Positions 55,946-64,000 of a stretch of DNA of 64,000 nt are shown here, piece after piece. Position numbers and translations under genes: made by a program. This stretch comes from a virus. The stretch is taken from positions 126,699-190,698 of IMG/VR virus record IMGVR_UViG_3300038301_000548; one strand, given 5' to 3'. The notes beneath the pieces are model-generated. The model was given only the letters and a program-made list of their open reading frames with translations. It searched no databases and was not told the DNA's origin. How positions within the stretch are numbered: position 1 is the first letter of the stretch; every line of letters starts with the position of its first letter.

Positions 55946-56014
55946 GGGCTAAAAGGCTCCTTTCCTGACAATATTTTCGCCCTTTCCAAGGCGTTATCGA
56001 TAAGCATTACAAGT

Positions 56015-56191
56015 TCATAATCTATTTTTTTGTTCAACCTCTATTTTATGCAAACACAGAATGAGATCATCTCGAAGGCTATTAATCAATTCGGGGCGGT
56101 TGACATCTTCTCCGGATGGGCTTATAGGATCCTTAAGGGAGTCCATCTCTTCACGAATTAATTTTTCAAGATATATTTTTGTTAATTTCAT
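56015..56191 (-). CDS. Small protein (58 aa, not in the track) with MKLTKIYLEKLIREE leader
   Basis: AAGGAG Shine-Dalgarno; ACTATTTA motif at 56220-56227. Confidence 0.6.
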   Translation of the reverse strand: MKLTKIYLEKLIREEMDSLKDPISPSGEDVNRPELINSLRDDLILCLHKIEVEQKNRL

Positions 56192-56355
56192 ATATTACAG
56201 CTCCTTTTGACAGCATAAATAAATAGTATCTAAATTTCGAGGTTTCTCAAATTTTTTTGCGGGATTTTTTCTCGTCATAAAGCAGTGCAAGCACAATTGG
56301 CAGGGAAAGGTATACCCGAAACGGTAAAATCCCGTTAAAAGCTTATTCTCGACCC

Positions 56356-56652
56356 TTAGAAGCCAGGTTCACCAAACTTGTCGTCTTCAGCTCCGAGCTT
56401 TTTACTCAATCTCGCCGAATCGCGATAACTTTGGCGGAAGATTTCATCAATCGACCCCATAATGCTAGCATAAGCAATTGCGGCAGACTCGTGATCTGGT
56501 CTCATCTCTTGAAAAACTTCAGCTATTGCAACCGTAATCGCCGCTGTTAAGTCTTCACCGCTGACGCGGCCTGGTATATCCCCTTCTTTCTGAAGAAACT
56601 TTAAAGCTTCCTCTTCTATGATAGTTTGCAATTTGCTTCTGGACATTTTCAT
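56356..56652 (-). CDS. Hypothetical protein with MKMSRSKLQTIIEEE leader (start corrected to 56652)
   Basis: AAGGAG Shine-Dalgarno; ACTATTTA motif at 56675-56682. Confidence 0.65.
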   Translation of the reverse strand: MKMSRSKLQTIIEEEALKFLQKEGDIPGRVSGEDLTAAITVAIAEVFQEMRPDHESAAIAYASIMGSIDEIFRQSYRDSARLSKKLGAEDDKFGEPGF

Positions 56653-56691
56653 GGTGATCTCCTTTTCCACTCTTTAAATAGTTCTCCGCGG

Positions 56692-57120
56692 CTAGTTTGG
56701 TATCCTCAATTTGGTACCAATTGGCAATCTTCTTGGTGGTATAGGCTTCCCATTACGCAAATTGGCTCGTTGAATTTGTTTCCATTTGCGTGGATCACCC
56801 AAATATTTCCTGGATAGTTCCCAAAACGTGTCGCCTTTTACAACCGTATGTACATTTGCCGATGATCCTGTGCGACTTTGTGGTTCTACATCTTGGGTTG
56901 CACTAATTTCTGCCTCCGGTTGTTCGACTTCTTCTTCTGACTTGATTGCTTCTTCTCTTTTTATTCCAAATCTTTCGAAAGCTGCACAAAGCTGCTTAAA
57001 TACATCTTTTAAATACTCAAGATCCGCTAGTCTTTCTTCTGCGCAGCTTTTTTCTTCCATTATTGCTTTAACTGCTTCTTCTGCAATTATTTTTTGCAGT
57101 GTTTTTTTGGAAATTTTCAT
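56692..57120 (-). CDS. LysM-domain protein with MKISKKTLQKIIAEE leader
   Basis: HTVVKGDTFWELSRKYLGDPRKWKQIQRAN..LPIGTKLRIP. Confidence 0.88.
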   Translation of the reverse strand: MKISKKTLQKIIAEEAVKAIMEEKSCAEERLADLEYLKDVFKQLCAAFERFGIKREEAIKSEEEVEQPEAEISATQDVEPQSRTGSSANVHTVVKGDTFWELSRKYLGDPRKWKQIQRANLRNGKPIPPRRLPIGTKLRIPN

Positions 57121-57284
57121 TAAACGCTCCTATCTGACTCTTTAAATAGTATCCTGCTTGTGTAATCCATCACGCAATTTAACCAATTTGGCTATAGCTT
57201 CTCGATTCTTAGCTATAGCCTTCATCAAGTCGATTATTTTTTTTTGAATTTTTTCATGCTCTAGATTAATGTCTTTCATAACCG

Positions 57285-57716
57285 TTAATATCTTAACGCC
57301 AAATAGGAAACAATTCGGCCGGCCCCGATCCGAACTGCTTTGTTTTTATTGTCTGCCCCGACGTGCAGCATTAATGGAACTGTCTTAATGTTCATAATCG
57401 CTGCAACCTCTTGTGCCCACTGTTCATCCATATTGATCCAATGCACTGTGATGTTGAATTTGGCTTGATCAATTGCTGATCTCACGAGGTCGCAACCCCC
57501 ACACCAATCAGCACCAAACACAACAATCACTTCTTTCCCTCTATTTAACAATGCCCGCAGTTCTGCATTCCCAATATATCGCGAATCTCTACGATACTCC
57601 TCCACTCCATTATATCGCACGACCAATGAAGCGCTTCGATCATTATTATACTCCCAACTGGTACCGCATGATAGTAGCAATATTGCGCTTATAACAGCGC
57701 CAATAAGTTTTTTCAT
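57285..57716 (-). CDS. Thioredoxin-like lipoprotein
   Basis: Lipobox LLLSC; VVFGADWCGGC; IKTVPL. Confidence 0.8.
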   Translation of the reverse strand: MKKLIGAVISAILLLSCGTSWEYNNDRSASLVVRYNGVEEYRRDSRYIGNAELRALLNRGKEVIVVFGADWCGGCDLVRSAIDQAKFNITVHWINMDEQWAQEVAAIMNIKTVPLMLHVGADNKNKAVRIGAGRIVSYLALRY

Positions 57717-57789
57717 ATATAATCCTCCTAGGTGTTATAATAACTAGGTCGAAAATCTCCGAAATTTTCTGTGTGTGGCGATAACGGGT

Positions 57790-58935
57790 GTATTAAGCGC
57801 GTGTAGGTGCGTTGCCTACATAGACTTACATTCGGCTACATGTAGGTGCGGGGGAGGGGGGGTAGCACCCCCTACTACATTATCTTACATGTAAGTTTTT
57901 TGTTTACATTTAATTACTTTTAATTACATTCTCTCACAATGTAGGTTGATGTAGGATAGTGTAGATAAAAAAATACCTTTGGTTACATGTAGGGAAGGGT
58001 AACCAAAGGTAAGACATGTGCGTGGGGTGCACACAGTGTAGGTATGTGTAAGCAGGAACACACATAGCAGCAGGATGTAGTCAAAGGTAGGGCAAGGCAC
58101 ACACCCGATGACATTGTAGGTGCATGTAGGACAAGGTAAGCGATAACCTACCTCATCCTACATGTGGGATGTTTTATTTATTTCTGCCCGTGAGCATGCT
58201 CCGAGAGTATTTCCGCGAGTGCCGTTTGCAGGTCGACCAAAGCGTCTCGGTCAAGCTTGATTTCTGCGCTCTTGCGCGCCCCGTTGACGGTGCGAAAGCC
58301 GACGCCGGCGCTCACGCCGTTGACGATGGCCTGGGAGAGCTGTACGCCGCTCTTGCCGTCCTCCGTGGTGATGGAGAAAGCGAGGTTAATGATGTTTGAT
58401 TGTTGTCGTCGTAAAGCCATTTTAATGACCCTTTCATTTTCCCGCTACAATGCGGGGTTGTTTATTTCGAGGCTAGGAACCTTCCCTAACCTTCTATATA
58501 TATTATACTCTTTTTATTGAAAAAATCAAGTTTATTTAAAAAACCTAATGATTTCAAGCACTTAACTTTTCGACCCTTTTGGGTCTTTGTGCCCATGAGA
58601 TGCCCGTAAAGCCAAAAAAGGCCATTCTGAGAAACCCAATGATTTCAACTACTTAGTTTAACTTGCTCCGGGTGAAAACAAAACTAATTGCCTACACCCG
58701 CCTACATGTAGGATAAATGGGATTAAACCTCGACCACCTTATCCTACATGTAGGCAAACTACCCCGATATCCTACCCTCGGCATGCCTCAACACACAGCA
58801 TCCTACATGTGTGTGCCTGCCGACATGTGGTCTCGAGTAGCTATAGCACCTACATCATCAACGGTACCGTGGCCACTTCCACCTACATGTCGGTCTTGCG
58901 CCTACATCCGACTACGTGTCGCACATGTAGGTCTT
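57790..58935. repeat. Two clusters of (CC)TACATGTA(GG)/TGTAGG repeats flanking ORF 58178..58420; origin- or terminus-like
   Basis: Perfect CCTACATGTAGG at 58701-58712 and 58743-58754; CTTACATGTAAG at 57884-57895; roughly 20 half or full sites; 13-bp inverted repeat at 57974-57986 / 57999-58011. Confidence 0.8.
58178..58420 (-). CDS. Small protein, paralog of 59685..59939
   Basis: Shared QSNIINLAF..V.L.QA.VNG.SAG...RT.NGA.KSA.IKLD…L.DL..A..E.L. Confidence 0.75.
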   Translation of the reverse strand: MALRRQQSNIINLAFSITTEDGKSGVQLSQAIVNGVSAGVGFRTVNGARKSAEIKLDRDALVDLQTALAEILSEHAHGQK

Positions 58936-59350
58936 TTGCCTACCCTCCGCATACTCTCGAAGGCCTCGACTGTTAATAAATTAACACTAGCCAAGGAAAA
59001 AACATTGGTTCCAAGCATCGATAATCATTGGTGTTTCTCGAATTATTCCGGCGTTGATATATTTTGCAATATCAAGTATATATCCACAACTTATCATTAT
59101 CATATTTTCTCTCTGCAATGCGTTAATTTATTAACGATTGACTATTTTGTCGTATATGTATTAAATCACCACCCACTTTCTACCACTTCCTAACAAAGAA
59201 TAACACTTTTTTGCTGTGTTTAGTCTGTTATAGTGGTATAGGTGGGGGTAACCTATTTCTTTTCTATTTAGAAAGGGTTAATTTATTAACCCCTTCGTTT
59301 TGTTTTTGTCCAGGCTGCACTAACACGAGTTTTCTTTTTGGTCGCCATGA

Positions 59351-59548
59351 TTAAATCATCTCCTCGTCTGGTGAATAGTCCGAACCGATAACCCTGATAG
59401 TATCTGGATTCTTGAGGTCTGCGGTCATAACCCATCGCTGCCTGCCGTTCTCCCATTGGACCAAGGTCTCTTGCTTTCCTCGACGTTGACGAATGGCTAG
59501 ACCATTCTTGTGATTGTGTGTTGTCTCGATATTACTTTCTACAAACAT
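59351..59548 (-). CDS. Small SH3/KOW-like hypothetical protein
   Basis: GLAIRQRRGKQETLVQWENGRQRWV. Confidence 0.45.
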   Translation of the reverse strand: MFVESNIETTHNHKNGLAIRQRRGKQETLVQWENGRQRWVMTADLKNPDTIRVIGSDYSPDEEMI

Positions 59549-59684
59549 ATTATCTTATCTCCAGGTCAATTTTAATCGGTCGATTTACTGGAACCCTTAC
59601 AGGTCTTAGTCCAGCTCTATGTGCTAAATACGATACGTCTCTAAGACGTCTTCTTGGTGGTGTTGAAAAAAACATATTTATTTC

Positions 59685-59939
59685 TTATCCCTCCGCCGAT
59701 GCTAGGACTTCATTGACAGCATCGAGAAGGTCTCGCAAGCTCTGTTCATCGAGCTTGATTGCTGCCGATTTGGTCGCACCGTTTAGGGTGCGAAGGCTGC
59801 AACCGGCAGACTGGCCGTTTACAACAGCCTGATTTAATTCGACGCCCTGTGTCTTCATCGGGCGGCCTTTGGTGTCCTTTGCTGGCTGGTTTGTGATAGT
59901 GAATGCGAGGTTGATGATGTTGCTTTGTACGCGCTTCAT
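59685..59939 (-). CDS. Small protein, paralog of 58178..58420 (start corrected to 59939)
   Basis: AAAGGA Shine-Dalgarno before MKRVQSNIINLAF; the longer track ORF crosses a promoter and overlaps another gene. Confidence 0.75.
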   Translation of the reverse strand: MKRVQSNIINLAFTITNQPAKDTKGRPMKTQGVELNQAVVNGQSAGCSLRTLNGATKSAAIKLDEQSLRDLLDAVNEVLASAEG

Positions 59940-60085
59940 AATGTTGTCCTTTCGGGACGTGTTGGCCTGTGGCCGTTTGGTTTCAAGAATAAAGGACCTT
60001 CCCTCATTCTCAATATATATATTATACCCTATTCGGATAGGGAAGTCAAGAAAAAAGTGACCTAAATCACAAAATAATTTAATGT

Positions 60086-60337
60086 TTATCCGCGATAATA
60101 AACGCGGTTTTGCCACTCGGATTCGGCGTCTGAATCGATGCGGGCCTGCACGTCGTTGTGGCATATGTTTGCAGTCTGGATTATGGCTTTCAATACCGCC
60201 CTTTGGACTTCTGGATTGTCAATCATAACGGCCTCGGATAGTAGGTCGTCAACTGTGGTTGCTGCCGTTGGTGCGTCAAACTTCTTAATTGGGTTTAGCA
60301 TAATCAATGCCTTTCTCGATTGTTTGTATATATACAT
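60086..60337 (-). CDS. Early small hypothetical protein (true start probably MLNPIKK)
   Basis: Downstream of promoter 60364-60336. Confidence 0.55.
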   Translation of the reverse strand: MYIYKQSRKALIMLNPIKKFDAPTAATTVDDLLSEAVMIDNPEVQRAVLKAIIQTANICHNDVQARIDSDAESEWQNRVYYRG

Positions 60338-60399
60338 TATAGCCCATTAGGGACCAAATGTCAAGAAAAAAGTGACCTAAATCACAAAATAAATTCAAC

Positions 60400-60600
60400 C
60401 TAAAACATCATAACAGATCGAGGTCGGATAAAGAACTCGAATGGACCTACATGTAAGACACTGTAGGGCGATGTAGTATCCTCGTTAATCACTAGGGCGA
60501 ATCGCTTCAAGCTGAAGCCCCACCCTTGATTGGTGCTGGTGCTTACTACATAGGGAAATGTTAGCATCAATTGCCCTTTCAATGTTGTCCACAACTTCAT
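60400..60600 (-). CDS. Early small hypothetical protein
   Basis: Coupled to ORF 60600..60815. Confidence 0.45.
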   Translation of the reverse strand: MKLWTTLKGQLMLTFPYVVSTSTNQGWGFSLKRFALVINEDTTSPYSVLHVGPFEFFIRPRSVMMF

Positions 60601-60815
60601 TATGCCATCTCGTTTTCATAATCGTCAAGTAAACACTCGCGGAGCAATTCGGTTGATTCATGGTCATAGACCGCTGAGCCCCTAAGCTCTAACCACTCTT
60701 GAAGCTCTGCGCGGGTCGCGTTCCTAATCATAGAACGGTCTAAATAAATGTTATCGCCTCGGTGCGTCTCTAAATACATTGGCTCTTGGCCTTTCTCGAT
60801 TGTCTGTATATACAT
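60600..60815 (-). CDS. Early small hypothetical protein (true start probably MYLETHRG)
   Basis: Downstream of promoter 60842-60814. Confidence 0.55.
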   Translation of the reverse strand: MYIQTIEKGQEPMYLETHRGDNIYLDRSMIRNATRAELQEWLELRGSAVYDHESTELLRECLLDDYENEMA

Positions 60816-60972
60816 TATAGTCTATTTATAGTCTCTTGTCAACAACTATTTTAGTCTCTTTGGAAAAAAATAGCGCGCGAAAAATCGTCGAATTAACGTC
60901 TCATCGATATTGTGAACGTGAAAACCAAACAACACGTCAAGACGGCTAACAGTGAACCGAGTGCACACCAAT

Positions 60973-61293
60973 TCATGCTAGACCAAGTTTTTTAAGCATA
61001 TCCTGAACATCATCAAATGACGCTGGCACGTCTGCAAACGACTTGAACTTCTTAACCTTCGGCTGAATCGAGGTGTGCTCTCGAATCGCCTCCTCGGTCC
61101 ACTTGCCCGATTCAAGTTGCTTGCAAGTCAACACCAAGGTGTTCGCCGGTAGGCGCTCGACCCTCATATGCTGGGCAACAGCTCGACGAGCTAGGGCGGG
61201 TGATAGGTTAGATGCAACAGTGACGGCGCCGGTCCATAGGGCTTTGTCGTTGTTGTTGTCGTCTTGTAATCGGAAGTGTACTCGTTTGGTCAT
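60973..61293 (-). CDS. Early hypothetical protein
   Basis: Downstream of promoter 61354-61326, with an AAAGGG Shine-Dalgarno. Confidence 0.65.
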   Translation of the reverse strand: MTKRVHFRLQDDNNNDKALWTGAVTVASNLSPALARRAVAQHMRVERLPANTLVLTCKQLESGKWTEEAIREHTSIQPKVKKFKSFADVPASFDDVQDMLKKLGLA

Positions 61294-61477
61294 ATCTAAG
61301 ACCCTTTCTCATTTTGTCTATATATATAGTATCAAGATTTCATCGAAAAGTCAAGAACTATTTGACCCATTTCATAAAATAATTACCTAAATTCTGGTGG
61401 CCTCATGCAGAAAACAATAAAGCCTAGCGCTGTGGCGAAGGCGAACACATAGAAAGTGATTACGATAGCTTTGCGCA

Positions 61478-61675
61478 TCATGATCCGGTCCTTTCATCGT
61501 CGATGGGCTCTATACAGTCAAAGGCCACCTCGAACGAGTCCGGACTATAGTCTGCATGGTCAAAGCAGTCCAAGTCCATCTCTTTTGCTAGCACTCCGGC
61601 ATCATAGCTGCACTCGGCCTCTACTATTACCGATGCACTAACAGTCCAATAGACGGGTACAACATATTTCCTCAT
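61478..61675 (-). CDS. Early small acidic protein
   Basis: ATGA-coupled to 61672..61869. Confidence 0.6.
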   Translation of the reverse strand: MRKYVVPVYWTVSASVIVEAECSYDAGVLAKEMDLDCFDHADYSPDSFEVAFDCIEPIDDERTGS

Positions 61676-61869
61676 TCTGTTATCTCCTTGAATGGCACAA
61701 CGGAGTCGTCGTAAGGCATGGAATAGTAGCGCTCTGTAAGGTCGTTCAACCGAACCTTATCAACCTTTACCCTGATAAGGTCTAGCTTTGCTTCATCTTT
61801 AGTGTCGTATGGTCCGAAGGTTTGTATTTCTCCGTCGTTGCCGTAGCAGTCAAAGTACCAATCTGTCAT
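61672..61869 (-). CDS. Early small protein (GPYDTKDEAK motif)
   Basis: Downstream of promoter 61931-61903. Confidence 0.6.
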   Translation of the reverse strand: MTDWYFDCYGNDGEIQTFGPYDTKDEAKLDLIRVKVDKVRLNDLTERYYSMPYDDSVVPFKEITE

Positions 61870-61972
61870 TTTTCTATCTTTCTCGATTGTTTCTACTCTT
61901 ATAGTATATCAAAAATTTATCCTTTTGTCAAGGAAAATCGGCAGTTTTTTGACTTACCGAGGTCGTTTTGGT

Positions 61973-62470
61973 TTATGCTAGCATTTTGGATAAGAAACCA
62001 TGCAGAGCTTTAGCTTCTCTTTTTGTCAGAGAGATAGTATTTTCTTTCTCTCCCATATCGCCTAATGCCGAAATGCGAAGCTCGCCTTCACTAATGCTGT
62101 TTTTGTGTTTCTTCGACAGACTTTTGGCAGCGGCACTTGTGTAGAAGGTAAACTCCTTATGTGTTAATCTTTTATTTATATAGAAATTTAGATCTTCGTC
62201 GCAATCACTGAAATGTGCATATCTCAGCTGGGCCGCCATTTCATGTGAATCGGCATCCGTGAACCATCGGCAGCCAGCAAGATCAGGGGTTTGCTCAAGA
62301 TAGAAGCCCTTGTCGATGTTTATATACGCGTCCCAATATTCCCCGCCGATGCGCTCATTAAATGAACCTGGTATAAATATAGTGGATTCAAGGTTCATTA
62401 AATCTTGAATTTGAGGAGGTAACGATTGAATAGCCATGAGCTTTCCCTTTTGTCTCACTTGAGATTGCAA
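61973..62470 (-). CDS. Early hypothetical protein
   Basis: Downstream of promoter 62561-62533; AAAGGG Shine-Dalgarno before MAIQS. Confidence 0.6.
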   Translation of the reverse strand: MQSQVRQKGKLMAIQSLPPQIQDLMNLESTIFIPGSFNERIGGEYWDAYINIDKGFYLEQTPDLAGCRWFTDADSHEMAAQLRYAHFSDCDEDLNFYINKRLTHKEFTFYTSAAAKSLSKKHKNSISEGELRISALGDMGEKENTISLTKREAKALHGFLSKMLA

Positions 62471-62812
62471 TCACAATCATCTTAAAAACAAAGACACATT
62501 TCTTTGTCTTTCTCGATTGTTTCTACTCTTATAGTATATCAAAAATTTAGTGGTTTGTCAAGGAAAAGATGACCTATTTCACAAAATAAATGTTGAGGCT
62601 CCCATCATCCTCAACTAGACATAGCCTGCCCTGGAAATCACTTCCACGCTTACGCAACCACGACGTTGAACTTCGGTTAGCTTGACAACAATGCTTTCAC
62701 TTGACAACAATGCTAATCCTGAATCATTACGTCTCTGGTCTATGTCCCCCACGGGTTATTTCTCAATTGTTCATATATATATTATACCCCAATTGACCCC
62801 CAAAGTCAAGAA

Positions 62813-63115
62813 CTATTTGACCCCTGGCATGCCCCTAAGATGTGACATATGCCAGTGGCCGACCTTGCCGTCAGATGTCAAAACGCGCCAGACTTCGCCG
62901 GGTGTGATGGACGCTAAGGTTTTGGATTTGCCCTCGCCATCAGTAAATGTGTCGCGGCGGCATGATGCCCCTAAAATGATTCCAATCATCGGCCTCTTTT
63001 TCGGCGCTGGTCGGCCGGATAGAAGATCAAATGAAATGGTGCACCATTCACCTTTTTTTGGGCGCCATGGGTTTTCACTAGTGGAGTCTTTTTTTTTCAT
63101 CCTGCGCTCTGCCAC
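62813..63115 (-). CDS. Early SH3/KOW-like hypothetical protein
   Basis: WRPKKGEWC..MIGIILG..WRVLTSDGKV. Confidence 0.5.
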   Translation of the reverse strand: MAERRMKKKDSTSENPWRPKKGEWCTISFDLLSGRPAPKKRPMIGIILGASCRRDTFTDGEGKSKTLASITPGEVWRVLTSDGKVGHWHMSHLRGMPGVK

Positions 63116-63121
63116 ATCTAC

Positions 63122-63421
63122 CTACATCGGATCCGATGATTCAGCGTTCAAGGGCCGATATAAATACTTATATTCTTTCGGTCGCTGGCGCCAAGCCATT
63201 TGATAGCATACTTCGAGAAAGAAAGAATCGGGATAACCTTTATAGTTGATTCCTCGACAAGTGGTCTCGCCGTTACGCTCGAAGCCTAGGTCGCCGCCCG
63301 CGCCGCCCTCGGCCATGTCTTGGTACTGCCATTTGACCTCGCGATAAATTGCCATCGATGACGGGTGCGCCTTCATGTCCTGATACCGCGAGACTGTTTC
63401 TTCAACTGTTTTCATTTTCAT
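63122..63421 (-). CDS. Early hypothetical protein
   Basis: ORF track; 99 aa. Confidence 0.55.
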   Translation of the reverse strand: MKMKTVEETVSRYQDMKAHPSSMAIYREVKWQYQDMAEGGAGGDLGFERNGETTCRGINYKGYPDSFFLEVCYQMAWRQRPKEYKYLYRPLNAESSDPM

Positions 63422-63525
63422 TATTTTCTCATTTTCAAAATTATCTTAATTGTTTTTTGGCTACAGTAGCCATGCACCTAGGACAAATCCGAAGATAAAC
63501 AACGGCCAGCCTTCAAGTTTAAGAT

Positions 63526-63726
63526 TCATGTGCTTACCTGTTCTTTTCTTACAAAATTCCAACCAAAATGACAATAACCCCACCTGTCCGAAAGGTAATC
63601 GCTTATGTCATCTTCATCAATGTCACCAGGCACAGTGACGATTTCTGGCAAGTCAAGCTCGCCTGGTAGTGGATTCCAGTCACCATCGGACGTGTCCCAC
63701 TTAACCTCAACAAGGCGATGTTTCAT
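63526..63726 (-). CDS. Early small acidic protein
   Basis: AGGAG Shine-Dalgarno; DISDYLSDRWGYC. Confidence 0.6.
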   Translation of the reverse strand: MKHRLVEVKWDTSDGDWNPLPGELDLPEIVTVPGDIDEDDISDYLSDRWGYCHFGWNFVRKEQVST

Positions 63727-64000
63727 TTACAGCTCCTACACACATGAGAGCCAAAGACTGGCTTCTTTACATTAGGGAAATACTCGTGACAATAGATACA
63801 GTCAACGCCATAGATAGCATGCCCTGCATAGTGGCCACTGTCACGGTCGAAGCGAAGCTGGTTGGATCTCGCGATGAATCTCATTCTTGCTTTACCCGCC
63901 ATAGAAAAATAACCTTTCTTGATTGTTTCTACTCTTATAGTATAGCAGCTAAACCATTGAAAGTCAAGGACTTTTGTTAATTATTTTCAACTCTTCTTGC

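Larger units (their letters stand above)
60021..63967 (-). promoter_or_regulatory. Array of at least eight near-consensus sigma70 early promoters
   Basis: TTGAC(A/T)-N17-(TATAAT/TATACT/TACTAT) at 60049-60021, 60364-60336, 60842-60814, 61354-61326, 61931-61903, 62561-62533, 62809-62781 and 63967-63939; several share the leader AAACAATCGAGAAAG. Confidence 0.85.

Noticed and set aside
58717-59193. 158-aa plus-strand ORF across the right palindrome cluster
   Set aside because: Made of repeat-derived low-information sequence, with no RBS or motif; more likely an incidental open frame.
59940-60164. N-terminal 75 aa of track ORF 59685..60164
   Set aside because: It overlaps ORF 60086..60337 and a strong promoter; similarity to the paralog and the RBS both place the start at 59939.
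1-64000. Diversity-generating retroelement, retron or IS element
   Set aside because: No reverse transcriptase or transposase motifs and no template/variable repeat pair were seen.

Overview
Segment of a large (jumbo-type) tailed bacteriophage genome, about 40% GC by eye, with almost all genes on the minus strand. From left to right: (1) a >2,000-aa probable virion protein that runs off the window and is missing from the ORF track, a baseplate-hub-like gene and a phage sigma-factor-like gene; (2) a 12-kb glycan synthesis/modification cluster; (3) a Cas4-like exonuclease, PhoH, a trypsin-like protease and ClpP; (4) a tRNA-Ile(CAU) directly next to its modifying enzyme TilS; (5) peptidoglycan hydrolases; (6) a tandem array of single-gene cassettes at 31.7-37.2 kb, separated by seven copies of a tmRNA-3'-end-like sequence (ACTCCCGCCACCTCCACCA) that often overlaps the upstream stop codon, most cassettes carrying a shared late-promoter-like motif and a shared N-terminal peptide resembling a capsid-targeting signal; (7) a ligase-like/HIGH-motif fusion protein, a short PurA, a nucleotidyltransferase, a Nudix hydrolase and very large probable virion proteins; (8) a largely non-coding region rich in CCTACATGTAGG palindromes (origin- or terminus-like); (9) an early region of small ORFs driven by at least eight near-consensus sigma70 promoters, four of them with a conserved operator-like box. 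The cassette array is the best candidate for an undescribed system. All protein calls are from motif recognition by eye; no database searches were run.
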